Source of the DNA: Octopus vulgaris | Taxonomy: Eukaryota | Length of the DNA stretch: 64,000 nt | NCBI GenBank assembly: GCA_951406725.2 | Contig: OX597819.1 | Span: 113,832,001 to 113,896,000 of the forward strand | Direction of reading: 5' to 3' | The notes under the pieces: model-generated | Seen by the model: the letters and a program-made list of their open reading frames with translations, nothing else | Told to the model about the DNA's origin: nothing | Databases searched by the model: none | Made by a program: the position numbers and the translations under genes | In this document: piece after piece, positions 30,340 through 44,600 of the stretch | Layout: the number at the start of each line of letters is the position of its first letter | Position numbering within the stretch: position 1 is the stretch's first letter

Positions 30340-31900
30340 CTTCAGGAAAGATATGTAATGAATGTATTTGAAAGGGCCAATGTTCTGGGAACAAAGAACT
30401 GAGTGTATTGGTTAGTGTGGGTCTTTGGGAGTGAGGGCAAAATGGATAATGATGGAAAACAAATGTGGGAGTAGAGGTGGCATGAAACCAGCCATCTCCA
30501 AGGAACAGATGCCATTGTAGTAGAGGTAGAGACAGGAGACAATACACCTGTGGGATCCAAAGGTTGTAGTGTGTTTGTAAATTGACTTCCTTCCTGTCAT
30601 CTAAGTGGGGTTTTTTCCCTGGATGCTATCTAGGTTGTTTACTGGTGTGACAGAGATGGAAGCAGTATTTTGATATGTCTCACCTGAGCTTTGTAGAGAG
30701 TAGTTGTTGTTTCAGAGGAATGAAGTATTTTCTGGCTTGGATGAGAAATGCCAGTCTTTGAGACATGTTTAAGGATGTATGTTCACCAAAAGAGATTGTC
30801 AGTGATAACGAAGCCTAGACATTTGAAGAATTCAGAAGGATTGTAGTTGCATAGTTGAGGAGTGTTAGGTGTGGTAACATTTCTTTTGATGTTTTTTTTC
30901 TTTCTGTTGAATGAGATGTAATTGGTATGACCCCATTGTAGATTGTTTTTCCAGTTTCTGTTCATAGTCTGTGCAGATTTGGCCCAGGGTGTCTGGTTGC
31001 ATGTAGATCATGTTTGAGAGTGGGAAATAGAGAGGAAGGAAGGGAAACATATCATCTGCATAGAAGTGAGTGTTGTTGGTGACAACCAGGAGTAGTTGAT
31101 GTCATGAAGGAAGAGTGTGGGAAACGAAAACTACACTTTGGGACCTTCAATTTATAGCCTGGGCCTTAGAGACCCCCATCATAAGTACCTCCCACATTAG
31201 TGTGATTTGACAAACCATTAATCTAACAGACGAAAGAAGGATGGAACCCATATGGAGGAAGTTTTATCAGTTTTCATATGAGACACAGCTGGCAGCTTGG
31301 CAGATGTTATGAACAACAATACTGCTTTCATCAAAGTTTTTGAGATTATTAGCTCATGTGTATAGAGAATAAAACTTGTTGATGTGAACAGTTGGAGATT
31401 GTGAAAGATTTGTTTCCTGCACCAGCAGCATGAGTATGGGTGAGAGTGAAAGGCATAAATTGTGAACATTGGAGCCACCAAGAATGATGATTTTAGTGAT
31501 AAATAAGGTGAGGTAAATGTCCTTTATGCAGGAAGGAGTATGGTTACATAGTTGTCGTTGGATCAGTGGGGTGGGTGAGACTTTGAAATAGAATAACTGG
31601 AAGTTTTTATTGCGAATAACAAGGTGAGAGAGGCAAGAGGCAGAGATAGTAGAGAGTTTATGTGCAGATACCACTTTTCAGAAAGAAATTTGATAGGAAA
31701 TTGTCGCCTTGATGACACAGACTATAGATTGGTGTGGGGAGATTTGTCTCTGAGATTAATAAGATGTGTAGTTTGTGTGTTTGTAAGAAGTCATGTGTGG
31801 TGTCTAGTTTGGATAGGTCCACAGGTAGTGGAGAAGTTTAGTTTTATTTTGTGGCATCTATGGAAATGTAGTGTTGGTGCATTTTGAAGTCATAACTCCT
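30340..31900 (-). mobile_element. CR1/Jockey-group LINE relic (APE endonuclease and RT)
   Basis: Reverse-strand relics IIILGGSNVH (cf. ILGDFNxH), PTLFL...HFYADD, LGFVITDNLFW and YYNGICSLEMA. Confidence 0.8.
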
Positions 31901-32539
31901 AAATGGGAACATAGTCTGAATGTTTGAGATAGAGCTAACTCTGCTAAAGGTACACATGGACCATGGTGAGGGTGTTGAACTGGATGGCACAATGTGCCTA
32001 TCACCTTCCTGCCCAACAAATGTTTTTTTTAATAAGATGTGAGTTTTTGACACCATATACAACTGGGTTACATTTGAGAAATGGTGATCTAGTCAAACAT
32101 ATTCTTTGGCTATCAATATATGGATCCATTGCTTTGCAATTATTTAAAGCTCATATGGATATACATACATAGACATCCACACCCATACATACATGCATGC
32201 ATGCATACACACACACACACATATATCCAATCTCACAAACATTGACTTTTTTATTTTTTTAAATAAGACACTTCATGTATTAGCAACTATAATGAAAAGA
32301 ACAGCAGAAGGACAAATACCTGAAGACTACAAAAAGGGTGTTGAAGATACCTGTAGTGAGAGAGAGCAAGCAAGCAGTATCTGCAAAGTCAGTCAAGCAG
32401 TCCATGAATAGATTTAGAAGTTCAAAAATGATTTTAATGTAAAACTATAAGGAGTTTGATTTTGTAATACTGGCAAATGAAACACTGGTCAATTCTACAG
32501 TTTTCCCACTGCTTACAGCATTAAAACATACTTTAGTAA

Positions 32540-32773
32540 TTTATTTCCTTATTGCCCACAGGGTGCTAAACATAGAGGGGACAAACAAGGACAGACAAAG
32601 GGTATCAATCAATTACATTGACCCCAGTGCGCAACTGGTACTTATTTAATCAACCCCAAAAGGATGAAAGGCAAAGTTGACCACTGCAGAGTTTGAACTC
32701 AGAACATAACGCTAGACGAAATACCGCTAAGCGTTTCGCCCAGTGTGCTAACATTTCTGCCAGTTTGCTGCCT
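32540..32773 (-). mobile_element. SINE family 1, full length
   Basis: Homologous to 797-997 and retains the central aaaggatgaaaggcaaagttgacc block. Confidence 0.85.
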
Positions 32774-32939
32774 TTAGTCATGGCATCTGTTTACAGATGC
32801 TAAACAAATTAAGTTTAAATAGAGGAAACTTTTGTGTAAAAGATAAAATCAGCTCTGGCTGTGAAAGACAAAATAAACTTTCAACTTAATGTGGTTATAT
32901 CTAAATGGTAGCAATTGAGACCTGATTTAGTTGCAAACT

Positions 32940-33483
32940 ATGCCAGTATCGCATAACCAGCCCACTCAAAAGTACCTTTTGGATTGTTGGGCAACATGCA
33001 GTGCTTGAGGAGACCTATTGAGTCAAGTACATCAAAATCAAATCAGACCACAATTAAATGGAAATTGTAGTTGTGGATGATGCCAGTGCCGCCTGCCTGG
33101 CTCCCCATGCCAGTGACATGTAAAAAGCACCATCCAAATGCAGTCAATGCCAGCCCCCTTGCCCCGACTGGCTCCTGTGCTGGTGGCATGTGAAAAGTGC
33201 CATCCGAATGTGGCTGATGCCATTACTACCCTGACTGGCTCCCAAGCCGGTGGCCCGTAAAAGCACCATCCAGATGTGGTTGATGCTGGCCCCTGTGTTG
33301 GTGGCACGTAAAAAGCACCCACTACACTCTTGGAATAGTTGGCATTAGGAAGGGCATCCAGCTGTAGAAAACACTGCCAGATCAGATTGGAGCTTGGTGC
33401 AGCCTCCTAGCTTCCTAGAACCCCCTAGTTGAACCGTCCAACCCATGCCAGCATGGAAAATGGACGTTAAATGATGATGATGA
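32940..33483 (+). mobile_element. RTE-LINE 3' UTR with internal tandem units
   Basis: Four repeat cores at about 33113-33320 and a (TGA)n tail. Confidence 0.85.
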
Positions 33484-34424
33484 ACTGTTTCTTAGGTGTT
33501 CTAGAAGAATTTGATAGTGTGCATGCATGCTTACACCTGCGCGTTCACACACACACACATTTTGGATTCTGTATGATGAGCACTTCAATTTTCACACATA
33601 CAGCATTGTGTACATTTAAAAAGAAAATAGTGTTTTATTAACATTGAAATAATAGAACAAAAGAGAGGGTATGAAAATTTTTGTATATCAAGTTTGACAC
33701 TTTGTTCTGTAAGTTATTCCTCTTTTTGAAGAATGGAATGTGATAGGAAGGCAGGAAGTGGGCATTGACCATAATGCTTAGTGGCATTTTTTTCTGAATG
33801 TAAAATCCCAAGTTTATATCCTGCCAAGAGGACTGTCATCCCTTTGGGATCAATACAATAAAGTACCTATCAAGTACTGGGCTCAATGTAATTGACTTGT
33901 CCCCTTCATTCAAAATTGCTGGACTTAAACCCTGCAGTGGACTGGTATCCTGCTGAGAGGGAATGTGATGATCTCAGCCACTTTTACTTCATGGACTCTC
34001 AGTAACCAGTCTTATGAGGGTCATCGGACTCAAAAAAATAAACATGATGTGTGGGAAATTTGATTGCTATTTTTAGTATAAGTTGAGCAGCTGCGTGACT
34101 TCCTGATCTTGTTACATATGGTCTATGAATGCACTGGTAAACACGAAACTTCTAGAACGTTAAAGTATAGCTAACCTTATTTTAGCATTAGTCATACATA
34201 AGGTGTTGTCAGTTATTTTGTAGTTCACTTTTGTGTTTTTGCTTTGTTCATAAAATGAACTGAAAAATTAGTTTATTTTTATATAATATTCTACAGATAC
34301 TAATTGTATATATTACTAGCAGGAAGTTCTTGGTATTGGTTGGGTTAGTAGTGTGGTAAGACACTGAAAGGGAAACTATCAATATATAAGTGTTTCAGTG
34401 TTGTACTTGTTTATCTTTTATCTT

Positions 34425-34765
34425 TCCTTTCACTTGTTTCAGTGATTTGGCTGCGGCCATGCTGGGGCACCTCCTCAGAATTTTTAGTCGAATGAATCAA
34501 CCCTAGTGCTTGGTTTTTCTTTAGCCTGGTGCTTATTCTATAGATATCTTTTGCTGAACTGATAAGTTATGGGGATGTAAACACACCAGCACCTGTTGTC
34601 AACCGATGGCAGAAGACACACACACATATACACAAGGGCTTCTTTCTGTTTCTTTCTACCAAATCTGCTCACAAAACTTTGGTCGGCCTGAGGCTAAAGA
34701 AGACACTTACCAAGGTGCTATGCAGTGGAACTGAACCTGAGACCATGTGGCTGGGAAGCAAGCTT
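34425..34765 (-). mobile_element. SINE family 2 copy
   Basis: Collinear with 3235-3614. Confidence 0.85.
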
Positions 34766-35279
34766 GAGAGCATATGTTGAAAGTGAAGCAATTGCTATAC
34801 ACATTGTACAATCAATGAGCAAAGAAAAGGACACACACTAACTCGAGCATTCTAATTTATTTCTAGGCTTAATTTATACAGAATTTTTGTTCATTTATTT
34901 TTAATAAAGATTATTTGAGTTGTAGTCATAAAGTGATTATGCATTTTCTGCTCTTTGAATAAAGAGATCAACTGTCTTTCCACAAGACTTGTATAATGGT
35001 ATTGGTTGTTTAGCCCCAGATTATTCCTGGGTGAGTAGAACCACACTTAATGTTCTAGCATTGATAATCCCATCTGTTTTTGAAATAGACTGTCTCTAAG
35101 ACTACATTATGTAATGTGATCTTTACAAGGGTAGTGTAATTTGAGGGGTATTTGGCTGCTATTTCTTGCAGGTCATCAGCTCCTTCATTTGTAGTACTAT
35201 TGATTACCATTTGGTGTATTTTAAATCCATCTTTGCTTGTAATGCCTTGTCAAAATGTTGGATAAATGTTCTAATGTAT

Positions 35280-35484
35280 CTGCCTGTCTATCTGTGGAGT
35301 GGTTAGTGTTAGGTAGGGCACCCAGCTGTAAAATCCCTGTCAAAACACACAATAGCCTAGGGTCATTTTTCTACTTGGCTGGCTCCTGTCAACTGTCCTA
35401 CCCATGCATGCATGGAAGATGGACGATAAACAATGAGAATGATGATATGGACACCACACAACCTTTTCCAAGTGTAAGTTTTAT

Positions 35485-35530
<46 letters not shown>

Positions 35531-35845
35531 CATCATTTTCCATGCTGGCATGGGTTGGACATCTTGACAGGAACTGACAAGGCCAAGGGCTGCACCAGCT
35601 TCCATTGCCTATTTTAGTTTGGTTTCAACAGCTGGCTGTCCTTCCTTCCTAATGCCAATCACTTTAAAGAGTGTGCTGGGTGCTTTTTGCGTTGCACCTT
35701 AGTTTTAGAATCTCAATTCTGTTGTGGTGGTGGGTCTTCTTGAGTACAGCAATGTGCCACATATCTCAAGCATTTTGAAATCAGCTTTCAATTCTTCGTC
35801 CCATGTCTTCCTGGGCCTCCTTCTTCCATAACTTCCCTGCAAGTG
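35280..35845. mobile_element. Two RTE 3' ends tail-to-tail around a (TA)n tract
   Basis: + copy at about 35280-35450 and - copy at about 35530-35845; the latter encodes GRRRPRKTWDEELKADF on the reverse strand. Confidence 0.75.
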
Positions 35846-35856
35846 ATGAGCACACG

Positions 35857-35899
<43 letters not shown>

Positions 35900-36679
35900 G
35901 TATTAGTTCAAACCATGACAATTCTATATTTTTCTGACATAGTGTATTGAGGGTTACATAATCCAATGTCCTCTTTTAACATTGTAAGTTGTGATTTGAA
36001 GGAAACTCAACAGCTATTTTTTTAGAATGTCTATTGATTGTGTGCACTTGTTTTGCCCCAGTTCAGCTCTGATAAAGCAGATCTGTGATAAGATGTTCTA
36101 GTCATGACTAAGTCAAGTATTCCCCAAATGGGCCATCTAATGTTTTAAAAAAAGAAAAGAAAAAAAAATGTACTTTATCAGAAAAATATTCATTTCTTAT
36201 CTTAGATCAACTCAGATCTGACTTGGGGCTTAACAGCAATTTAAAAATGAATTGTTGATTTGTGTTTGCAATTGAAAACATTTTTACTCATTATTAATAC
36301 CCTGCTCTCTCTCAATTGGTTTTAAAACAATTAGTATTCATCTTTTTTCTGTATATTGTGAATCTATAAAAGGGGAATAATTAGCATACTGAATGGAGAG
36401 ACTGGTTGCTAATTGGGATGACCTAATAATCCATTTAACTTAGCTTCTAATGACTTCTTAACTAGTACAGACTATTCAAGTTTTCTTGTCACTGCTGGTT
36501 ATATTTCTATAGCTCTTTGGAGCTATAGTTCTTACTAATAAGCCACACCATAAAAAAACAATGTATGTACTCTGTAAGCTTTTGAAGCTCAAGGTAAAAT
36601 ATCTAAAGAATTGTTTAAACATGCACTTGACATGTATTGTATAATATTTTTGAATTTCTTTTCTCTTTTCTATTTCTAG

Positions 36680-36867
36680 CAACAAACACGAAATCCAACA
36701 AGCTGAAATGTATGTATTTACAAGAAAAAGATCGCATGATTATTTGCGAAGGGACATCTGTATGTGCACGCAAAGACCTAAATGGAGTTCTCTTATTGGA
36801 TACTGCATTGCAGACCCCAGTATCCAAGACAGAAGATCTAGTCAAAGTTGAGTTATTGTTGGCAGAA
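36680..36867 (+). CDS. BIRC6: BIRC6 exon A (first coding exon found in the window; N-terminal WD40/propeller region)
   Basis: Acceptor ttctag at 36674-36679 and donor gtgagt at 36868; phase 1 to 0. Encodes ...CARKDLNGVLLLDTALQTPVSKTEDLVKVELLLAE, matching the BIRC6 motif CRKDLNGILLLDTALQTPVSK as I recall it. Confidence 0.95.
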
Positions 36868-37554
36868 GTGAGTTTCTATTTGATTTTTCATAATGTTTTG
36901 GGCCTTTTTTTATTTCTTTGTTACATCTAAAAGTGTATTGAATAGTTGAGACACTCTGTCATCCAACAACTTGACCACAGAGTGGTCAAGTTGTTGGATT
37001 ACTAATTTAATGGTCTGGAGTTCAAATCTTACAACAAAAGTCGTGTTGTTCTACTCTTGGAGCAATGTATATAGCTCCAGTGCTTATCTAAGCCACTCTT
37101 CTCTTAAGTGGTTAGTGGTAGGAAAGCCATTTAGTTGCTTCAAATATCTCAGTTTAAAGAGTAGTCTGGTCATGGGGGAATATTAGCTTGCTTTGAAACA
37201 GGTTGGGATTGGTGACAGAAAGAGCATCTGACTGTGGAAAATCTGCCTCAACAAATTCTGTCTGACCCATGCAAGCATTCAAAAAGTGGATGTTAAATTA
37301 TAATGAAATCCTAAAAGTGTTATATGTATATGTAGTCCTCTAAAGGAAGTAAGGAGCTTAAGTTGTTGATTATCCTTAACTCTTTGATTAACAAATTAAT
37401 GACACAAAGATAACTTAATGTTGGTGAACAAACAAGCTTGGCATGCCAGGTGGATCGTGTTTCAATTTGATCATGGTATATGATCTGTCATGCAGTGAGT
37501 AATTGTATAGCATGCAACATACCAACCAGGATTATCATAATCAAGCTTCGAACT

Positions 37555-37978
37555 TCGAACTTTAGGTCTCACTGAGGAAATGACTAGAGACCGAGACCTC
37601 TGGAAGTGTGCTGTGTGCGAGAAGACCCGGCAGGACAAGTGAGTCCATAACCCGTGGCAATCGAAATCGATCAATGGAAATTGCAGATGTGTTACCAGTG
37701 CCGGTGGCATGTAAGAGAACCTTCCGTTTCGCGACCGTTGCCAGCACCGCCCCGACTGGCCTCGTGCCGATGGCACGTAAAAAGCACCATCCGTTCGTGT
37801 CCGTTGCCAGCCTTGCCTGGCACATAAAAAGCACCATCCGTTCATGGCCGTTTGCCAGCTCTGTCTGGCACCTGTGCGGGTGGCACGTAAAAAGCACCCA
37901 CTACACTCACGGAGTGGTACCCATGCTAGCATGGAAAACGGACGCTAAACGATGATGATGATGATGATGATGATGATG
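37555..37978 (+). mobile_element. Young RTE-LINE 3' end
   Basis: LRTLGLTEEMTRDRDLWKCAVCEKTRQDK*, four repeat cores and a (GAT)9 tail; CpG-rich. Confidence 0.88.
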
Positions 37979-40900
37979 AAGCTTGCCAAATTTACTATTT
38001 ATTTGAACATGTCCAGTGGAGTATACTTGTATTATTTCTTTCCAGTCTTTACACATCTTCTGTATTCAGTGCTCACATTTTTGCAACCATATAGAATTGT
38101 ACTTCATACACAAGAATCGTACAGTCTTAAAAGAATCCCTTTGTTGCTAGCAGAAATAATGGCTCCCTGAACTACAAATTGACAAATCAAATACTGTTAC
38201 TACTGGCAATTTCTATTAGTGAATCCAACTGATTGCAGAAGTTTATAACAAGTGAACACACAAATTACACTCAGCTTCACGCAAACTAAATACACATTTG
38301 GAGGGGTCTCACAGTTTAGATAGTATGGCTATGTTGGGAAGTGTTTATCATTGACACCTCACAAATTGTGATTAGTTGTTAAATCCTTCTAGACATTATC
38401 ATTGTCATCATTTTCATGTCTACTTTTCCATACTTACATGGGTCAGTTGAGGTAGTTTTTCTATAGTCAGATGTCCTTCATGTCATCTGCCCCCATTTGT
38501 TTCCAGACAACAGAAAATAAAACTGGTCACACAGTTTAATTCTAGCCATAAGCTAAGGCCACAAAAAATTGTGTATGTGTGTGAATGAGAAAAGATATCT
38601 CACATCCACTAATTATTTCATATCCCCTTTTTTTTCGTTATCGATGTTTTAAATACAGTTAATTTGCTGTAATGGTCGTGTTGGATAAATTGTCTTAAAA
38701 TATCTTTCATGTTTTTTTATCATGTCCTATGTTCAAATCTCATTGACATCTGCTTTGCCTTCTATTATCCATGGGTCAATATAAAGTAGTAGCAGTTCGT
38801 GCCAGTGAAGTAGTAGATTTGTTAAAAGCATTGCAGTATTTGTTCTGGTTCTTCATGTTCTCTGTGCTCAGGCCCTTGTGGCAAACTTGTCATTATCTAT
38901 TTGACAAGATTGCCTTGTTAATGGAAAGAAAAAAATCCAAAGGAAGGCAGCAAGAAGCCATGTTTGTATTTTTTCATAGCTTTTGTCAAAGGAGGCCACT
39001 AGAGGCCATTCTTTAACTTAATGGCATGATCAGTATGCTTCTAGATTTATATGTCTTGCATAATTCCATCGTTTTGGAAACTGATTTTATAAGTCCAAGT
39101 TTCTTGTTTTGAAAGTCATTTTTACGCATCTTGAAAAATACCAAGGCACATTTATTTTCTCTTGCAACTTGTAATTTTATTTAGTGTGTAGCTTCATCTC
39201 ACCTGATTTAGCAAGTAACCAGATATTGTATGAGATATAAAGATAAAATCTACTTCCAGGATTATTGGATGGATCTGGTTTTTCCAATGATATCGCAATT
39301 GGAATGTTAGTAACGTATAGGATATTTGTTTATTTATTGGAAACTATCTGTTACATACTACTGATAAACAGTTGGCTTTTCTTCCTTGTAAGATTGTAAA
39401 AGGCAATGCCCATGATCTCTACACTGTTCATGTCAATATAATTGATACCCAGCCTGAATCAGCTCAAAATAGACGCAATAAGGTTGTAGGGTTAAAGTGG
39501 GTAGCTTGTCAGTGTTCATTTATGAATGAAGAGTTGCATAAACTTCATTTTCATATGTTTCATTGGTCTAGTGGGTTTTTTTTTTTTACCTGACAGTATC
39601 TGAAATACTTGTTTTCTCCATTTTACAAATGATGATGGTGATAGTGTTCTCTTGGTCTTAGTCACCTCCTCCCTTTCCAAGACACAAATACCTGCTAATT
39701 ACACTGTTTAAATGACTTGAATGTATACAACCAAGTTTAATTAATGTGGTCCAGATGGTCTTTCTTGGTTAATTACTTGAATGTAAACCAGCTAACAGTA
39801 ATTGTGTTCTTTTGTTTTTCTTAGATTTTCCATTCTTTTATTCTTTTATACTTGGAATGCAGCCATACTGGGGCACCACATTCATAGATCACATTGATCT
39901 CAGTACTTGTTTCACTGTGGTACTTTTTCTATTGATCTGTAATTTGACTGGCTAAGTTATACCTTTTGAACAAAACACTAGTTGAAAGCGTAGACAGATA
40001 CACTAACACAAGATGGGTCTACCAAATTCTACTTACATAATATTGGTAAACTCAAAGCTTTAGTAGAAAAGTGTCCTGCACTGTGATTGAACCCAGAACC
40101 ATATGCCTGCAGAGCAAACATTTTTTAACCATATACTTTTGCCTGTACTCTTAATTTGATAAAATCTAGTTCACCTGGTTTTCTGCTTAGAAATTTGAAA
40201 TATTTGCATATTACTCACTTACTGATCTTCTATTTTTTAAGAATAATTTTAACAATTTAAAAATTCTTTATTTCTAAAAAATATCTTTTATAATTTTTCA
40301 TTTCAAAAGCATATCTTTCTAGTGTCTACATTTTAGCATTTGAGATATTTCATTATCAAATGTGTGTCATTATTTTTCTGATTACGATAGTGGTTTGTGA
40401 TAAGAAATAGTCTATAGAAAGAATAGATAATAAATATAACAAGTAAATTTAAATTATTTCTTAATTCTGTACTGCAGTTCAATGGACATAGTTTCCTCAT
40501 CTTTTGTGATCAGAGGTATTGAACCTAAACAGCAGTGATAATGTTCATGTCATCTTTATTTTGTAATGTACAATAGCTAAGAATATCAAAATTTGATTGC
40601 AGACTGTTTATCGAGCTGCCCTCCTATATTCCTACATTTCTGGAGAATTATCACAATTAGTTGTTCTGTAGAAGTCTAAACATATTTTTCCTCAACAAGT
40701 GAAATTATGTCTTTCCAGACTAATAATTATTAATCTATGAACATCTATTTTTGTTAATTTTGAACTAATACTGGCCTTGTTAGTTGTAAAGTACTTGGCA
40801 TTAAAATGAGTGAAATGGATGAAAATATAATTTTATTTAATATGTTACTACTCATTAAGAAGAAAATGATTTAGTACATAATGCATTGCATAATTTGTTC

Positions 40901-42977
40901 ATTAGTCCTTAGTTTTTATTCATTCCAGGCATTCCACTTGTCTCCATGGAGGTACTTAATTCTACATGTTTCAATTTGCACTTTTTGATACTTGCTTGAT
41001 CGAGACTGTTCCTACAAACTTGTTTTAAAGTGGTCGAGATTAAAACATTCCACCAAAATTTCTTGTCAATTTATGTCAATACACTAGATTAATAGTGACA
41101 GTTATTTTATGAAATTTTTCGTTACTTTCTGAAGTGAATCAATGAAGCCTATTTCAGCAGAAATATACTAACAAAAGGTTAAAGCCCATCCTAAACAAGT
41201 TTCTTCAGTTCTCTTATTATAACTGTTGAATCACTGGCCCTTTTCATTTCCATCATTCAGTGGAGCAGACAAAACATTGACACAGTAACCTTATTTTTTT
41301 TTTAGTTGTTTGAGAGACAAGGATTCATAGAGATTTGTTATAATGCAAAGTTGGATATTTATTTATATACCACATTTTCTGGAAATATCTTTTAGGATTG
41401 ATTATCATTCTATGATCCTAGAGTAAATTTCTCTCACCTGCTTATTATCACCATGAAAGCGGATACAATCATCAGTTGTTTTGAGCCTATATGTCAGATG
41501 ATACATGTACTTATTACCAAAGAAATGTTATGCAATACAATGTTCAGTTGTATGTATAAATATTATACATGTGGAGATAAGGTATTGGACTGTACAGAAT
41601 ACCTGATAATGAGTTAAAATGTTGCATTTCTGTTCTTCAAGATGTAGTACACTACATTTCATTTTGGCCAATTGAAAAGTAAGTACTTTTCACAGATGAA
41701 TGATCGGTGAGGTATCCAACTGAAAAATACTTGGTCTAATAATATTCAAAATTGTTTCAAACATTCTAGAAAAGTGTTTGTAAAATACTAAAATTATGGT
41801 ATTTAGAATATTTATGAATTTGTCAAACTGATCATAGCTTTTCAATAAAAGAATAACCCCAATACAAATGGTTTAAAGGAGTGTTAATTAATAATGAAGG
41901 ATAGTGATTATTTTGTATATTCCAGTACATTTATATACCATTAAACAATATTTTCACGCAGTTTTAGCGACAACCTTATCAGATTGTTTAGTCTTCATCA
42001 TCATTTAACATCAATTTTCCATGTGATGTGGGTTGGACAGTTTGACAGGAGGTGGCAAGCTGGAGGACTGCACCCAGCTCTAGTCATCTATTTTGGCATG
42101 GTTTCTACAGCTGGATGTCTTTCTTAACACCAACCATTTTACAGAGAGTAGTGGGTATTTTTTATGTGGTGCCAGCATGGCTGATTTTCATATGGCACTG
42201 GCATATAATGAATGCAAATACTTGTTTATTTTTAGGCCTTCATATTTTTGATGTCTAAAAGTTCCTGATGCAAACTGATTACCTAATAAGAATAGTTACA
42301 AAAGAATTTTTGATGCACCACTTTACATGTAAAAATTTCTGTTCCATGCATGCTCATTGAAGACTGGTGGTAAGCTTCTAGCAAGCTGAGTTTGCTACAC
42401 CAGTTTAATTTCGGGTCTAGTCCTTTTATTTACTAATTATAGTCATTTATGTATCTGATGAGCTTTGGTTGACCTTCACTCATCACTTTGGAGGTAAACT
42501 TCCTGATAGTTATCCAATAACATGCCAATTTTTATGAAACATTTTGATTTCAAACCTAGATGAACCTTTTAATCCTTTTAAGTTAAGTTAATTTTTTGGC
42601 TCAAAAAGCAAAAAGCAAGGCAAGGCCATGTAGGGGGACATGGAGTTATGTACAGGGATGGTGTTCATGCAAAGAGTTCAGGCCATTTCTGGTCAAGAGA
42701 GACTTTGAACCAAGCGGTCGTCGGCATCTTGAACCGAGCAGTCGTCGGCATCTATTTTGTTACTATATTTCTTTTGAAATACACTACATTTGTTTTAATT
42801 AATTTTGAAGATAATGAAGAATTTATTAAAATAACTGTTGTTAAGTTGGTGTTTGGCACACATGAAATTTTGATGAAGGGTTTTTAACTTAGATCACTTC
42901 AAAACAAGAAGTTTGTATTGCAGAATCATGTGGTGGATATAGGGCTATCTTGTTTTCTTTTTCACTTATATTGTTTA

Positions 42978-43261
42978 CTAGCAAGTACTGTCCAAATCTC
43001 CGACCAATCACATACAGTTAGCTGGCATTCAATTGGCGTATCAAGTTTCGGGCATTTTGATTGGGTTTTGGATAGAAAATTCACAAAAAAGTCACTTCTA
43101 TTGATTTTTTTAATGGCTTTGCAGGGGAAATATAAAGATGTGCACGACTGCCCTTGGACGGTTTTGAATGACCATAGAAAGTGCGAGCCCTCTAACTGAA
43201 AAATTGTGGATTTGTATAAAGGCCACACACGCAGACATTTTGCCATTTATATATATAGAGA
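42978..43261 (-). mobile_element. Non-autonomous Helitron-like element
   Basis: On the minus strand it begins A|TCTCTATATATAT and ends TGCTAG|T, i.e. 5'-TC...CTAG-3' at an AT site with no TSD. The subterminal hairpin is not clearly visible. Confidence 0.55.
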
Positions 43262-43399
43262 TGCTTTTGTGAATTGCATAAACATAGAATTTGTTTCACT
43301 TCCTGTAAACCTTGTACTAGTGTAACAAATACATTTTCTTGTGATTCTAAAGATGCAGAGACAAGCTTTTTGAAATTACTTTGTGTATTTATTTTACAG

Positions 43400-43534
43400 G
43401 CTAATCAGCTTTTGAAATCTCTTGCTGCTGCTGAATTGCCTGGCATTGACTATGTGGATGATTTCCTCAAAGAACTTGATCGAGCAGTTGACTCCATGCA
43501 GGAACTTGCTAAGGCTAACCACAAAACTGCTAAG
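43400..43534 (+). CDS. BIRC6: BIRC6 exon B
   Basis: ttttacag acceptor, gtgcac donor; 135 nt, phase 0-0. Encodes ANQLLKSL...AKANHKTAK (vertebrate AQQLL...ANHKVAK). Confidence 0.93.
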
Positions 43535-44179
43535 GTGCACCATCTTTTCCTTATCTTTTTCTTTCTGAATTTTTTTTTCTCCATTTTCAGAACAACAGAT
43601 TCTCTTTCGGTCTACCCGTATATTGTGTATTTTAATATGTGGTATACCAAGTTATGGTTTCTGTTACTAGTTTCAGATGTTCATCTATACTACAATAAAT
43701 CTGCTTACTTATTAGCTTGGGTTATGTAACTTTTACTGAGGTAAAGCAAGTATAATTATCAAAATATATGAGGAAACTCTCAAGATGCATGAAATATCAA
43801 TCCTCCAAATTTTTTTCCCCTACACTAAATTCCAATATAATCATAATCTACACAATCTGAAAGTTATGAGGAAGCAAAATTTGAAGCATGTGACTTATCC
43901 AAAATCTCCTTTCCCCACCTCTGAAAAAGTTTTTCACAACAAATTCCAATGTAATCTGCACAGTCTGAAATATATCTGCAGAAAATTTCATCTGCAAATA
44001 TCCATTTTTCAGAAACTTTTGAGGAAACAACTGATGGGGTGCACTTATGTAGTTATGCCCTAAATTTACTGAGTGAGTACTTTTAGATAAAGGATACAAA
44101 ATCACAAATTGGGAATCAAATGAGTAATCATCATATAGTAACGAGCAGGAAACTACCCAGAGGGCAATTTACTCTATTA

Positions 44180-44600
44180 TTCTTTTACTTGTTTCAGTCA
44201 TTTGACTGCGGCCATGCTGAAGCACCGCCTTTAGTCGAGCAAATCGACCCCAGGACTTATTCTTTGGAAGTCTAGTACTTATTCTATTGGTTTCTTTTGG
44301 TGAACCGCTAAGTTATGGGAACGTAAACACACCACCATCGGTTGTCAAGCAATGTTGGTGGGGACAAACACAGACACACAAACATATACACACACATGCA
44401 TATATATATATATTATACACACACACACACACACATGTATACGACGGGCTTCTTTCAGTTTCCATTTACCAAATCCACTCACAAGGCCTTGGTCGGCCTG
44501 AGGCTATAGTAGAAGACACTTGCCCAAGGTGCTACACAGTGGGAACGGACTCGGAACCATGTGCTGGTAAGCAAGCTACCTACCAAACAGCCACTCCTGC
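44180..44600 (-). mobile_element. SINE family 2, full length
   Basis: Collinear with 3235-3614. Confidence 0.9.

Noticed and set aside
37471-37955. ORFs of 110-160 aa over GC-rich repeats (also 13246-13599, 33038-33322, 62994-63470)
   Set aside because: Incidental frames across RTE 3' UTR tandem units.
42455-42540. CTGATGA...GAAA hammerhead-like core
   Set aside because: I could not identify the required flanking stems.
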